NCBI GenBank assembly: GCA_030265395.1
Contig: JARFYF010000054.1
Location: 23,858,797-23,922,796, forward strand
Source: Rhina ancylostomus
Lineage: Eukaryota
Length of the DNA stretch: 64,000 nt
Direction: 5' to 3'
Below are positions 1-12,559 of this stretch, in pieces. Position 1 is the stretch's first letter; every line of letters starts with the position of its first letter. The notes under the pieces are model-generated. The model was not told the DNA's origin and did not search any database. It saw nothing but the letters and a program-made list of their open reading frames with translations. A program made the translations under genes and the position numbers.

Positions 1-850
1 GCCAAAATGCATCATTTCACATTTCCCTGCATTAAACTTCATCTGCCATGTGTCTGCCCATTCCACCAGCCTACATATATCCTTCGGTTATCTATCACTA
101 TCTTCTGCACAGTTCAAAATACCATCAGCAATTTAGAAATTGTGGCTTATGCTTCCTAGTCTAGGTCAAACAAAAACAATGGCCCCAACACCAATCTTTG
201 GGTAACACCACTATGCACTTCCTCCAGTCAGAAAAGCAGCCATTCAGTACAACCTTCTTTCATCTATTACTTAGCTAACTGCGAATCCATGCTATCAATG
301 TCCCTTTTATGTCACGTGCTTCAACTATGCTGATAAGCCTGTTACATGGCACCTTATCACATGCTTGCTGGAAGTTCATGTACACCATGTTGACTGCATT
401 ACCCTCATCAAAAAAATTCTATCAAGTTGGTTAAACATGATTTGCCCTTAACAAATTTGCACTGGCTTGCCTTAATTCATTCATTTTTGGTTTCAGATCA
501 ATGTTTCTAAAAGCCTTCCCACCACTGAGGTTAAACTGATCGGTGCATAGTTGCTGTAACTTTCTTACTTCCTCTTCTGAACAAGGAAGTAACATTTGCT
601 ACTTTTGGGTCTTCTGACACCACCCTTGTATTCGAAGACTACTGAAGATTATGGACAGTGCCCCGTGATTTTTTTTCTTATATCCTCTCAAAATCCTTGG
701 ATGCATCCCATCTGGACCTGGTGACTGAAAAGTTCATCTAACCTTCCTCGTGTCTCCATGTTATCAATTTTTGATGTTTTTAACTGTCTCAACTATTTCC
801 TCCTTCACTATTACTTTGGAAGTATCCTGTTCCCTGGTGAAGACAAATAC
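1..850 (-). mobile_element. Decayed CR1-type LINE ORF2 (RT region) fragment
   Basis: Reverse-strand CR1-like segments such as 'ccaaaatgcatcatttcacattt', 'aagccttcccaccactgaggttaaactga' and 'ggatgcatcccatctggacctggtgact'; no open frame. Confidence 0.7.
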
Positions 851-2062
851 TTGTGGTCAAAGTACATCAGAAGAGATTTATCAAATTAGTAATGGTGCTG
901 GACAGGAAACAAAATTACTTGACACATTATCAGTATAAATATCGGTTCCTAGTATACTAGTATTCTATATTGCAACATTTATTAAATTTAAATAACATAC
1001 AAATCACATGATATATTTCTAGTGCAGGTTATTCTTGACCCAAGACATGAACATTGAGCAATGGCAGGTCCATTAACATGGACAAATGAATTAAATATCG
1101 AAAAAGACGCATTAATTTGGTATGCCTTGTATACAATGTGTTAGGAACAATAGTGAGAGTTGAGGAATTTACAACAAAACGACTAAAGAATAATTACTCA
1201 TTTATGATTTTCGGACAATAATGGACAGAATCATGGAATTTGATTCGCAGATCAGCAATATAAATCCTAAAACACATCGCACTAAAGATTGCATTGGATA
1301 TTTTCAGGTTCGCTAGCAATTGCCCAAATTTATATTTCACACTTAATTAAATTTACTTACAGAATCATTTTTGTGCCCTTTAATATCTCAAATTAAGTTT
1401 TCCAAATAAAACCACAACCTGTCTCAGAATTTTTGTTTGCTAATGGATATTTTAAAGTCGTGTGCTAAGGAATTGAAGAGGCAAGTTCAAAAACTATCAT
1501 GGCAACTGGAGAATACAAATTAAATAAATCTGGAATCAAAAAACTAGTGTCATGAAAATACCAGATTGTCATAAAAACCCATCTGTTTTATTAATGCCCA
1601 TTGGTGAAGGTAATCTGCTATCCATACCCTATAATATGTGACCTACATCAATGTGATTAATTCCTAAATGTCTGCTGAAATGAACTCAGTTCTATCAACC
1701 AGTACAAATGATGTTATCCAGACATCTGTCTAGACACCCTGCAAAAATACTGTTCAATCTGGGGCAAAAAATAAACTGCTGGAGGAACTCAGCAGGACAA
1801 GCAGCATCATTTGTGTCTTCAATCTGGGGACATGTGCAAAAATTGTGAGTGTGCCCCTTAGGGAATGGCCCTGAGCCCCAGCATTGACTCAAGACCTAAT
1901 GATTACTTGGCATCAAATCAAACACAAATAAAACTTGCACTATCACTTACTGCCTTTTGTCAGCTGATGAATCACTTCTTTTCCAGGTTGAACCTAGAGA
2001 AGAAGTACTCAACACAGCAAGCACACATAATGTATCCTGGCTCTTAGGTTTTCAAACTTAAT

Positions 2063-2548
2063 ATTGGTTTATTATTGTCACTAGTATTGAGGTACAGTGA
2101 AAAACTTGTCTTGCATACTGTTCATTACACAGTGCCTTGAGGTAATACAAAGTAAAACAATGCAGAATGCAGAGTAAATTGTCACAGCTACAGAGAAAGT
2201 GCAATGCAGGTAGTCAATAAGGTGCAAGGTCATAACGAGGTAGATTGTGAGGTCAAGAGTCCATCTTATCATACTAGGGAGCTGTTTAATAGTCATATAA
2301 CAGCAGGACAGAAGCTGTCCTTGAGCACGGAGGTACATGCTTTAAGACTTTTGTATCTTCTGTCTGATGGGAGAAGAGAGAATGCTTGGGGTGGGTGGGG
2401 TCTTTAATTATGCTGGCTTCTTTACCAAGGCAGCGAGAAGTATAGACCAAGTCCACGGAGGGGAGGCCGGTTTCCGTGATGTGCTGAGCTGTCTCCACAA
2501 CTCTCTGCAGTTTCTTGCGGTCCTGGGCAGAGCAGTTACCATATCAAC
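2063..2548 (-). mobile_element. Rex1/Babar-type LINE 3' fragment
   Basis: ORF 2286..2498 reads ETAQHITETGLPSVDLVYTSRCLGKEASIIKDPTHP, typical of the Rex1/Babar ORF2 C-terminus. The 3' end ..GTGACAATAATAAACCAAT is shared with copies near 56400 and 63160. Confidence 0.8.
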
Positions 2549-2789
2549 TGGGGCATGTGGTAAAATTAGAAAGTGGGGGTGTGTAATTATATAAATGAAT
2601 GGCTTCCAGTTGGTATTTATAATTAAAGTGGAGATCTGTAGGGTGTGAGGTGCAGTTAAAAAAATAGCTGAAAAGGGGCACAACAAATTAAAAATTGGGT
2701 GAAGGCATTCCATATCCATCAGGGCACAGCACCACTACTTACCGAGCTGGCTGTGCCATAAGGAACACTGCTGCCAGACTGGCCCTTGG

Positions 2790-5310
2790 TGCACAGTGAG
2801 AGAACTAACACCTGGTCCTCAACCATCTAATGATCACAGACACATTTGTCTACAAGAGCATTTACAGCAGTGATGACTTCACAGTCCTCATGGAGATGAA
2901 GCCTCGTCTCTACACTCACAACAGCTTCCAATATGTTGAGTGGCATGTACATTGTGCTAAATGGGACACAATGAGAATTGATCTAGCGGTTTGAATTGTC
3001 ATGAGGAGATCAGTGGCAGAAGTGTGGTCCACCGCAATCTGTAGCCTTCCTTCCTGGCAAGCCTTCATTCTGTCTTTATCATCAAGGCAGGCAACCAATC
3101 GTTGTTTAATAATGAATGCCAGGAACAAGACCAGNNNNNNNNNNNNNNNNNNNNNNNNNNNNNNNNNNNNNNNNNNNNNNNNNNNNNNNNNNNNNNNNNN
3201 NAGAGCCAGATGTTTTAAACAAACTAATACCCAATTGATCAGGTCAAAACACTGCACATTCAGTCAGGAATAGTGGAGGACATTTAAAAACCTAACAGGA
3301 AAAGCTGAATATCCCTGCTATAAATGAGAGCAAAGACCAGCTAGACTGCAAATGTCCAGGCTGAAGAGTTTACAAATATCTTCAACTTTAAGTGCTGAGT
3401 AGATGATCCATCTCAGCCTCTTCCTGAAGTTCTCACCATCACAGAAGTCAATTCAATTCACTTCACCTGATACCAAGAAACAGCTGAGAGTTAGAGATGG
3501 AACAAAGTTTATGACCTCCAACTATAGTGCTCAAGACTCTGTGGATTGTCACCTGGGATCCTGAGAGCTATGCCATCTGGCGCTGTGCTCCTGGTAGGGT
3601 CACCCATGGTGGTAAGGTCGATGGTGAGGTCCCTGACAAAGAACAATCCAACCAAGATCTCAACTGTGGAACAGGCGGATGAAGTTACTTTGAACTCAAC
3701 GGCTGTGAAGGCAGATGAAGGCTACAACAAATCCATCAGCTCCAATCGTCGTGGTTTCTGTGCCATTGGAATCAGCTGGTTGACTTGTGAAGTATCGTGT
3801 GCTTTTTGTAGTGCAACATCAAGTACACGTTAAACAAATACACGCAGAGGCATCTTCACTCTGTGGGCTGCTTCTAGCCAAGACTGGACTCATATGCCAC
3901 TTGAGAGTCCATAAATAGATCAACAAAATGAAGACCATCATCCTCGACCTCGAGGGATAGCCACTACGACGACCAGTGCTCAAGATCTATCATCCAAAAC
4001 CAGCCACACACCCCATACCCAAGATAAAAGATTGCCCACATCCAATCCAGAACAGCAAGACAAACTAACTTAGCTAATTACTTCTCCATTAGCCTATCTC
4101 AGTCATCAGCAAAGTGATGGAAAGAGTTGTCAACAGTGTTATACATCAGCACTTAATCACCAATAACCTACTCAAGGATGCTCCGTGTGGGTTCCACAGG
4201 GAACATGGCTCCAGCTGTCATTACAACCTTGATACAAACATGGATAAAACAGCTGAATTCCAGGTGTGACACAAGTGTAACTGCTATTCACACTGAGGCA
4301 CTTCAGTAAAAATCAATGGGAATCAGGAGTACACTCTTAACTTACTGGTATCATACCTAGAACAAAGGAATAAGGTTATAATTAGTCGGGGTCAATCACC
4401 TAAGTCCCAAGGCTTTGCTGCAGGAGTTTGTCATGCAAGCATTCTAAGGTCTAATCCTCTTTGGCTATTTCTTCAATGACCCCTTCACTCCATTCCATGG
4501 TCAGGGGTGAGGACACATAAATAATTTACATTGTTCAGTTCCATATGCAATTCCTCAATGAAGTTCGTCACAGGCAAAATTCTCAATAAAATTTAGCCTT
4601 GGGCTAATAAGTGGCACTTAACAATTGTACCACAAAAGTGATTCCCATTTCTAACAGAGCTAATCACCTCTTCTTTACTTTTATTGGCATTATAAATGAC
4701 CAAAACCTCACTAGAAATATCCTGGGGTCTCCTTCTAGCCACATAAATGTCTTCAGGAACAGATATTCTGCAGTGGGTGACTCCTCCTAATTCCCCAAGC
4801 TCTTCCTTCATTTACATGGAACAACCATCTGTCTTCCTCAGAAAATCCCCAACAACAATTAATAAACTGAATATAAACCAAGTCAAAGTAGCTTGCTCGA
4901 TTGGCAGGCACTCTACCCTCTTAAACCACCACTCTCCTCAACATCAGAGCACCATGGTTGCAGTATATATCATCCACAAGATGCACTGCAGCCACTCAGC
5001 TAGGCTCAGTCAAAAGCCTAATCTTGTGACCTCTAAACCACGAATTCCACCATGTATTAGGACAAGGGCAACAGATCCATGGAAATGCTAATACCTCAAA
5101 GTCATTCCCTCCATCAAATATGTTATTCTGATTTGGTAATCCTTCACTGCTGCTAGATCAAAGTTTTGGAACTCACCAACTTCACTCCAGAATTATCCTT
5201 AACATTTGGACCTCAACAATCCATGAAGCAACTCATTTACCACTACACTCTCAAGAGTGATTAACCAATAACTCCTGGCCAAACGAGCAATGCCCACCTC
5301 CCATGAAAGA
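2790..5310 (+). mobile_element. Old CR1/L2-group LINE, decayed, interrupted by the 3537-3974 insertion
   Basis: RT-like remnant near 4070-4135 (NY.PISL.S.ISKVME-like) and a 3' end 'caatgcccacctcccatgaaagaaaaaa'. Clade assignment is uncertain. Confidence 0.65.
3537..3974 (+). mobile_element. Young non-autonomous bipartite RTE-derived retroposon with 11-bp TSD
   Basis: Flanked by AGTGCTCAAGA at 3526-3536 and 3975-3985. The 5' part resembles RTE/Expander 5' UTRs (gagagctatgcc..ctcctggtagggtcacccatgg). The 3' part ends 'catcctcgacctcgagggatagcc' followed by a (CGA)n tail. Confidence 0.8.
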
Positions 5311-5799
5311 AAAAAATCAAAGGAAGATACGAAAAATTATCCTGTGTGCAGAGTTCAGTTTGAAAATTTTCCTAAGGGCACTGGAATGAGCCTATGCTTT
5401 GAAGTCTGCCCTTTTGCGTGGATTAGTATGGGTGGGATATTACATCTTTTGAAAAGCATATGTGCGACACCTAGAATTTAACTTACTAACCCCACGGCAG
5501 AGAGAAAATCAAATTGAACAGATTCATTGAGGCAGCAAATGAACAAAATCTTCTCTGTTCAAGATCAAGGACCACTGTGACAGATTAAGGCCTCGGCCAG
5601 TCTATGTAATGAAAGGCAGTCTAGCCCAAATAAAGCACTAGATGATTCAGTAACCGGGTTATTGAAAGAAGTGTTGTTTAACTGCTAATCAGTAGTGCAA
5701 TCTCTGATTTTATGGAATAATGAAGAGAAATTTAAATTATATTTAAACAAGCTGAGAATTGCTACAAATGTTAGTTTATACATTCATATATAGACATTT

Positions 5800-7090
5800 A
5801 ATTTTCAGGATGTGGGCATCACATACAGTCCAGCATTTACTGCACTCCTTAATTGCCCATAAAAAGCCAGTGTTGATGCACCTTCTTAAACTGCTGCAAT
5901 CATCTGGCAAAAGTATTCCCACTCTGTCACTGGGTAGAGTTCCTGAATTTAAATCCAGTGAAGGAATATTATATCAAGTCAGGATGGGATGCAACCGGGA
6001 GGAGAATGCGCTGGTGGTGATATTAACATACACTTGTTGCTCTTGTCCTTCTGGATTGTGGAGATCATGAGTTTGGGACGTGCTGTTGGAGTAACCTGGC
6101 AATGCACTTTATACTTGGCACACCATGCAGCTACAGTGCAGAAATGATAAGGACAATTCACTTACAGGTTGTTGAATGAGATACCTTTGAAACATGATAC
6201 TTTGCCCTGGATGGTGTTGGCCGCCTTGAATGTCATTGGAGTGCACTCATCCAGCCAAATAGCAAGTATTCCACCACACTCCTGGCTTGTGCCTTCTGGA
6301 TGGTGGAAAGCCTTTGGGCTGTAAAAAGGCAAGTCATTTGTAAAAAGGCAAGTCATATACCTCCAAGAATAGGTCCATCCTCTGGCCTATTCTTGTAGGT
6401 ATACTGATCCCATGGCTGACCCAGTTGAATTTTGGAAAATGTTAACCACTAGGGTGTTGAATGGTAATGGCACTGAATATCAAGTGCAGATAATTTAATG
6501 TTCTAAAAATTTTTTAAATGCAGGTGCTAGAAGTCTGAAGTAAAAATAGAAAGTTCTGGAAACATTCAGTAGGTTGGGCAGCATCTGTGGAGAACAGAAC
6601 CAGATTAACATTTCAGGTTGAAGATTCTTCTTGAGAACACTCTCTTGTTCGAGATGGTAATTGCATGGAACTTAATGTTACTTGCCTGGACATTGCTGAG
6701 TCTTGTTGCCTGTAGAGATTTTGCTAATGTTTGAGACTAAACTGATTGGTTGGTTACTAGTGAGATTGGATTTGTCCTGCTTTTTGCCAATAGGAGAGTG
6801 CTGGACAATTTTCCACATTGTTGGGTGGTTGCCAGTGTTGTAATTAAAATGGAACAGCATCACCAGAGATTTAAATAGTTATGGTGTGCAAGTGTTCAAT
6901 GCTACAATTGGAATGTTATTTGTCTCAAGGTGTTACTGTATCCAGTACTCTCAGCTCTTTCTTGATGTCACATGGAGAGAATCAAATTAGCTGAAGACTG
7001 GCAACTGTGGCGGTGAGGATCTCAGGAGGAAGCTAGGTTAGATCATCCACTTCTGGCTGAACACTTCAGACTTGTCTTTGTATGCTGGGC
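5800..7090 (-). mobile_element. Second copy of the same old LINE family in opposite orientation
   Basis: Reverse complement of the 3' end at about 5805-5860. ORF 6678..6863 (PTMWKIVQHSPIGKKQDKSNLTSNQPISLVSNISK) is an RT N-terminal remnant. A Penelope-type fragment is nested at about 6510-6640. Confidence 0.7.
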
Positions 7091-7199
7091 CAGAAAGTAA
7101 ACTAAAACAGCTTAAATTATATCTTTCAAAAGACTGTAGAAGTGTACAGGAAACTTTCAGAGTATGAAGTTTAATCCACATAGCGACAACACTTTGGAC

Positions 7200-8160
7200 T
7201 TACAAAACTCCTTTAATGTACTTCAAAAAGTTTCAGAAAGCTCTACTAGAATGTTATCAAACAAAATAGGGCACTGGAGCAGATGCTACAAGTTTGGCCC
7301 ACAAGAATGATTTTGAAGAGGGCTTTGAAGAAGGAGAAATGAGTAGAGAAATTTAGGAAGGGAATTCCAGAGTTCAATATCTATGCAGCTGTAATAGTGG
7401 TTGACAAATTTAAAGCATTCAAAATTGAAGAGAACAGAATTTAGAGAAGCATGGGGAACTCTAGGAACTGTGGGGCTAGAGGAGACCACAGAAACAAGGT
7501 GGGATTTGTCTATGAAGCATCTGAAGCACTGCTAGACCTAGAAACCAAGACACTGAACAGCAAATATGCAGGTGAGTGGTGAATGGCAGAATGCAATGTA
7601 AGATCCAGGCAGCAGAGTTTTGATATGCTCTAGATTATAGTGCTAAAGGTTGCTAAATCCCAAGATAAAAGAAGCAAGATTAAAGATTCCAGCATTAGAA
7701 GAGCAAATTAAAAAATGGGAGCTGATTTTGGGATCTAACACAACACCAAGGGTGTAAATGGTCTTGTTTACTCTCAAACAGCTGCCAATGAAGGGGGATG
7801 GAGTTAGCACTAGGAAGCAAATTTTGTGTCAGGAACCAGAGATAATAGTTTTTCTCTTTCCTATATTTAGTTGCAGAAAATATCAGCTCATCAATTACTG
7901 AATGTCAGATAACTTGTGAGATGAATCAAAAACAAGAGGAAGCATTGCGAGGTGGTAGTGAGATACAGCAGGGTATCATCAGCATAAACATGGAAAGTGA
8001 CATTATATTGCTAATGTGTAGAGAGATAAGTTGGTTTTGAGGGGATGGAGGGCAGGCATTTCAAGTCCTGGAGGTCCCGGGGCATTGGTGTAAGAGCAAA
8101 AAGAGAAGCCGTTGCAAGTGATCCTCTGCCGAAGATATCCCATCGTTACATTCCTCAGGT
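7200..8160 (-). mobile_element. Decayed L2-type LINE fragment
   Basis: L2-like 3' region ('aatttaggaagggaattccagagtt') and a reverse-strand YADD-like motif 'gggtatcatcagcataaacatgg' near 7970-7995. Confidence 0.6.
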
Positions 8161-9566
8161 CACAGTTAAGTTCATCTAAAAACTGAGTAATGAAAGTCTT
8201 CACTAATTGTGAGGAACACACTTAAATAAGAGACAACTGGCATTAACCCAAAAGAGCCAGGTCAGCTCTGAATTTATAACATTAATTGCCGTGCTTGTTT
8301 TGAACCAACAACACAGAAGAAACTCCTACTGAGAGTTTATGCTAATGTGCAAGACCTAAAAGGTAATAATGTCAAAATATTCTCATAGACTACATAAAGA
8401 GAAACATGAATATTCAGATTAAGAAATCTTGCATAAGGTTTTCAAATTTCAGGTCACAAGTTGCACAGTAAAGACAAACTTCATCTGAAATGATGTGAAA
8501 TACAAGGTCCATATGAAATGACTTGTTAGGCAACTAAGGGAAGGGCAGAAGCAAAATAAAGTGCAGGAAAGAAGTAAGGAAAACAGAAAAAACTGTACTG
8601 GGTAACCCAAGGTTAACTGGTTTCAAAATTAATAAAATGATTGGAAACAGCAACACAACAGTTTACAATGGGATTAGGTGGAAAGAAGTATCTTTCAACG
8701 TTAGAAGATCAAGAAGAAGAACAAACCAAATAAAAGCAAGGCAGTGAACAATCAAGTTTTGAATCAGCAACAGGGAAAAAGACAAAACCAGATATGTTGT
8801 AATGCAGGAAGTGGAAGGAATACAAACTAGGGACTAGGAGCAATAATTCAAGTGTAAAAATCTAACATAGTTGCTTTAAGTGAAACATCAAGATGTGGCT
8901 TTGATCTGGACTGGAATATACATTATTTTATGGAAGATAAAATAATACAAAAATAATAATTGAAAAGGGTAAACCTAGAAAATTATTTTAAAGCAACGTG
9001 TGAGGAGTAACATCCTGCAACATCACCACTTTTATATAATCAAAATTTTAAGTCAGTTTTTGCTCAACATTTCTTTTAAGCAGAAAGCAAATAAAAATGT
9101 TACAGATGTAGTGTTAATTACACATAAATATAGGCACATTAAAATGGCTAAATTTAATTTAGAACATCTGCTGGTCCCACGTGGTCTTGTGCTACTTATT
9201 AAAACTTTACTGAATAATCTACTACAATGAAGAAAAGGCTTCAATACTCATTGCAGCAACAGAGCTATATGAGTTCTAATCTTAACTAATTAATCTTTTA
9301 ATTACCTTTCTATAAACACAACCATAATTTTCTTCTAAATTGCTTAGGCCCTCTGATGTATAATATACTCAAGACTACATTTCATAAGAACTGGTTCTCC
9401 ATAAAACATCTGTTGAAGTTAACACACAATATTCTTTGAGTACTTAATATGTCATTGTTTATACTGCAACCAATGTGCACTAAACAATGCCAAAATCAGT
9501 ACCTCAGGCATTGGGTTTTACATAGAAATAGCAATTACAAATACAAAATAACCACAAGCACATGCA

Positions 9567-9570
<4 letters not shown>

Positions 9571-9604
<34 letters not shown>
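9571..9604. repeat. (CA)17 microsatellite
   Basis: Read directly from the sequence. Confidence 0.97.
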
Positions 9605-9606
<2 letters not shown>

Positions 9607-9609
9607 ACC

Positions 9610-9850
9610 CAACACACAAAAAGTGCTGGAAGAACTCAGCAGGTCAGGCAGCATCTATGGAGGGAAAGGAACAGTCCCAACATTTCAGGCCGAGACCCTT
9701 CATCAGATCTGGAAAGAAAAAGGGCAGAAGGCAGAATAAAGAGGTGGGGGAAGGGGGAAGGGCATGAACTGGCGGGTGATAGATGAATCCAGGTGATGGG
9801 AGAAGATAGGTGGGTGCGGGAGAGGGGGAGTGGGAAAGATATGAGAAGTC
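9610..9850 (-). mobile_element. Penelope-like element terminal fragment with hammerhead core
   Basis: 'gtgctggaagaactcagcaggtcaggcagcatctatggagggaaag' is the reverse complement of the terminus that follows GIY-YIG remnants at 44830-44875 and 52090-52140. CTGATGA..GAAA lies on the minus strand at 9683-9706. Confidence 0.8.
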
Positions 9851-11664
9851 TACACAAAGGACCTGAATGGTACAGGCACATTTAAGTACAGCTTTTTGAT
9901 TAATAGACAACGCTTTCAAAATAAAAAAACAACTGAACTTGCCATTGAGAGTATTAGTAAAATGATATCATGACATATAAATTTCAGCAAGGTGGTCCCT
10001 TTTTATGAATTTCAGACAAATTGCAATCATAATTGTTGAGATAATTCTGTCTGACTATTTAAGTTCATTTGGAAAACAATATATTTCAACAAAAGTACAC
10101 TGCAGATGCTGGAAATCTGAAATAAAAACAGAAAATGCTAGAAATTCTCAAATCAGATGGCATCTACAAAAAAAAGGAAGCATTGGTCTTTTGTCTGAAT
10201 TCATCTCAACAGTTTTATATGTTACTGAAAACATTTTAAAAATATAAATTAATTTTGCCTTTTGAGATATAATTATAACAAATCTGCATAATTTTCAGTT
10301 TAAGTCTTTGCTTCAAGTTATATTAGTGAGCAAACAGATGCTCACAAGAAATATGTGATCTAATGTTTGGTAGCAAATCTAATTCATCCTTAAGCACTTT
10401 GCTGTGTCTACAGCTTATCAATGATGATGAAGTGAGCCAACGAAAACCATGATACAGAGGACTTGTGATTGATAGCAACAATATAATTTGCTACAACAAG
10501 TAGGTTTGAGGAGCAAAAGGTGAGGATCTTACCTTTTAATTTGAAGTTAGGAATCTTCTTTACAAAATTTTCATCATCCAAAATATCAAGCAGAAAACTT
10601 TCTGATGGAAAAAATCTGTTGCCATGCTAACTCCCTCTAATGCAAAAATGATAGTTGCCATTTCAGAATGACATTCTTTGCCCTGAATGTATCATCAACT
10701 GTGAACAGCATATTGTAGCCATACATTATTATTAAGGGAAAAGTAATGCCCAATTGCTGAAGTGTGATTTTTTTTCATATCAATTAAATGCTGGGAGCGT
10801 TATTGCTACTTTTTTTATTCCAGTAACACTCTAGGTTTGCTTTTGATTTGGTAAAACAATTTCATTATTTCTGATCTCACTGTCTGGCAGTGATTTTGAT
10901 TATGCTAAGTAAGGGCTGTTTAAGAAAACCAAATGATCAGAATTAGAAAAAAATGGGGACTTTAGAGAGTCATGTCCATCTGTACCAGTATCAAGGGTAT
11001 TAACTGGTCAATCAGGAAGGAGGGCACCACAGTGAAATTGCTTAACTTTTTCTTTGCTTTTCAATATCCTTATCGTCATGCCATACTACTTTGTTCATTA
11101 AACGTGTTCTTCAAATTATCTGCCCATTATCCTGAAGTCACATGGTCTTATTAATTCACTGTCTCTAACGTGCAACTGGCACTCGAAACAGTTAAATAAT
11201 CACTTTATACTTAGTGCGAGAGCTATTCATAATGGCTTTTATTGTAGCAATAATCTTATTCTCAATGACACCCACAAACATGTACCTTCCAGTTGGGATC
11301 ATTGGACAATAAACAGAGGCAGCTAAACATGGATGATCAGTTTTGCTTTTCCCTTCCAAAAGGACATTACAACTAACTATAGTATGCCATGGGGCTTCAA
11401 ACTACAGCAGCTTAGAACAGACCCAGAATCAAATTAGCACTTCTTGCCTGTACTGTCTTCCTGTACTGACTAGTACCTATTGGAAAGGGGAGCTCATCAA
11501 GATATCATCCTGAGAAATTTTTGTGAAGCACTGAACACTACTTTCACATATTGACATCTCCCTAGTCAGATAGTCAGCAATTTTTAAATCAAGGAAAGCA
11601 TAGCGTGAGTCTGAATTTAATGATCCTTTTTAAGCAAAAGCATCCATGCTTTCTTAAACACTAC

Positions 11665-12548
11665 TGTTGTTGGATAGATCACAGATGGAAATGAGTTAGC
11701 GTACAGGAGCGAGTTAGAACACCTGGTTGAGTGGTGCCACAACAACCCCACACTCAACATCTGTAAAACTAAAGAGCTGATTGTTGATTTCAGTAAGGGG
11801 AAGGAGGGCGAACATGCACCAGTCTACAAGAGAGGCAGCTGCTTTTAATTCCAGGGTGTTGACGTATCAGATGACCTATCCTGGGTCCAGAGCACAGATG
11901 CAATCATAAGGAAGGCATGCCAATGTATTTACTTTCTTAGGAGGTTAAGCATGTCACTGAACACTCTGACAAACTTCTACAGATGCACTATTGAAAGTCT
12001 CCTAACTGGTTGCATCTTGGTATGAAACTGCAAATCAAATGCGCAGGAACATAAAAAGCTACAGGGAGTAGTGGACTCTGCCCAATACATCACGGGTACA
12101 TTCCTCCCCACTATTGATAGTATCTATATGAGGCAACTCCTCAAGAAGGCAACATCTATCAAAGATCCACACCATCTGGGCCATGCCATCTTCCCATAGG
12201 TGGCATCAGGCAGGAGGTACAGAAGCATGAAGTCCCACACCATCAGGTTCAAGAACAGTTACTTCCCTTCAACCATTTGGTTCTTGAACCAACCTGCACA
12301 ACCCTAATCACTACCTCAGTATAGCAACACTATGATCACTTTGATTACTTTGCATTATGATGGACTTTGATTTTTTTTGTTCTAATTGTGTTCTTTCTGT
12401 AAAAATTGTGTATAATTTATATTTACATTTTTTCGTGTGAATGCTGCTTATCTGATGCTATGTGCCTGTGATGCTGCTGCAAGTAAGTTTTTCATTGCAC
12501 CTGTGCATTCATGCACTAGTGCATATGACAATGAACTCGACCTTTGAC
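11665..12548 (+). mobile_element. Rex1/Babar-type LINE 3' part (RT C-terminus plus 3' UTR)
   Basis: Translates in pieces as EWCHNNPTLNICKTKELIVDF, FYRCTIES.LTGCI and KLQGVVDSAQYITG. It ends 'gcatatgacaatgaactcgacctttgactt'. Confidence 0.85.
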
Positions 12549-12559
12549 TTTTTTTTTTA

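Noticed and set aside
10416-10474. Possible C/D snoRNA: ATGATGA flanked by the TATCAAT/ATTGATA inverted repeat
   Set aside because: There is no CTGA box D, and it lies antisense to the host transcript.
11630-11660. Minus-strand KKAWM as a candidate for the next TYW1 exon (expected ..LVKAWN..)
   Set aside because: The flanking residues and splice sites do not match, so the next exon is probably beyond the window start.
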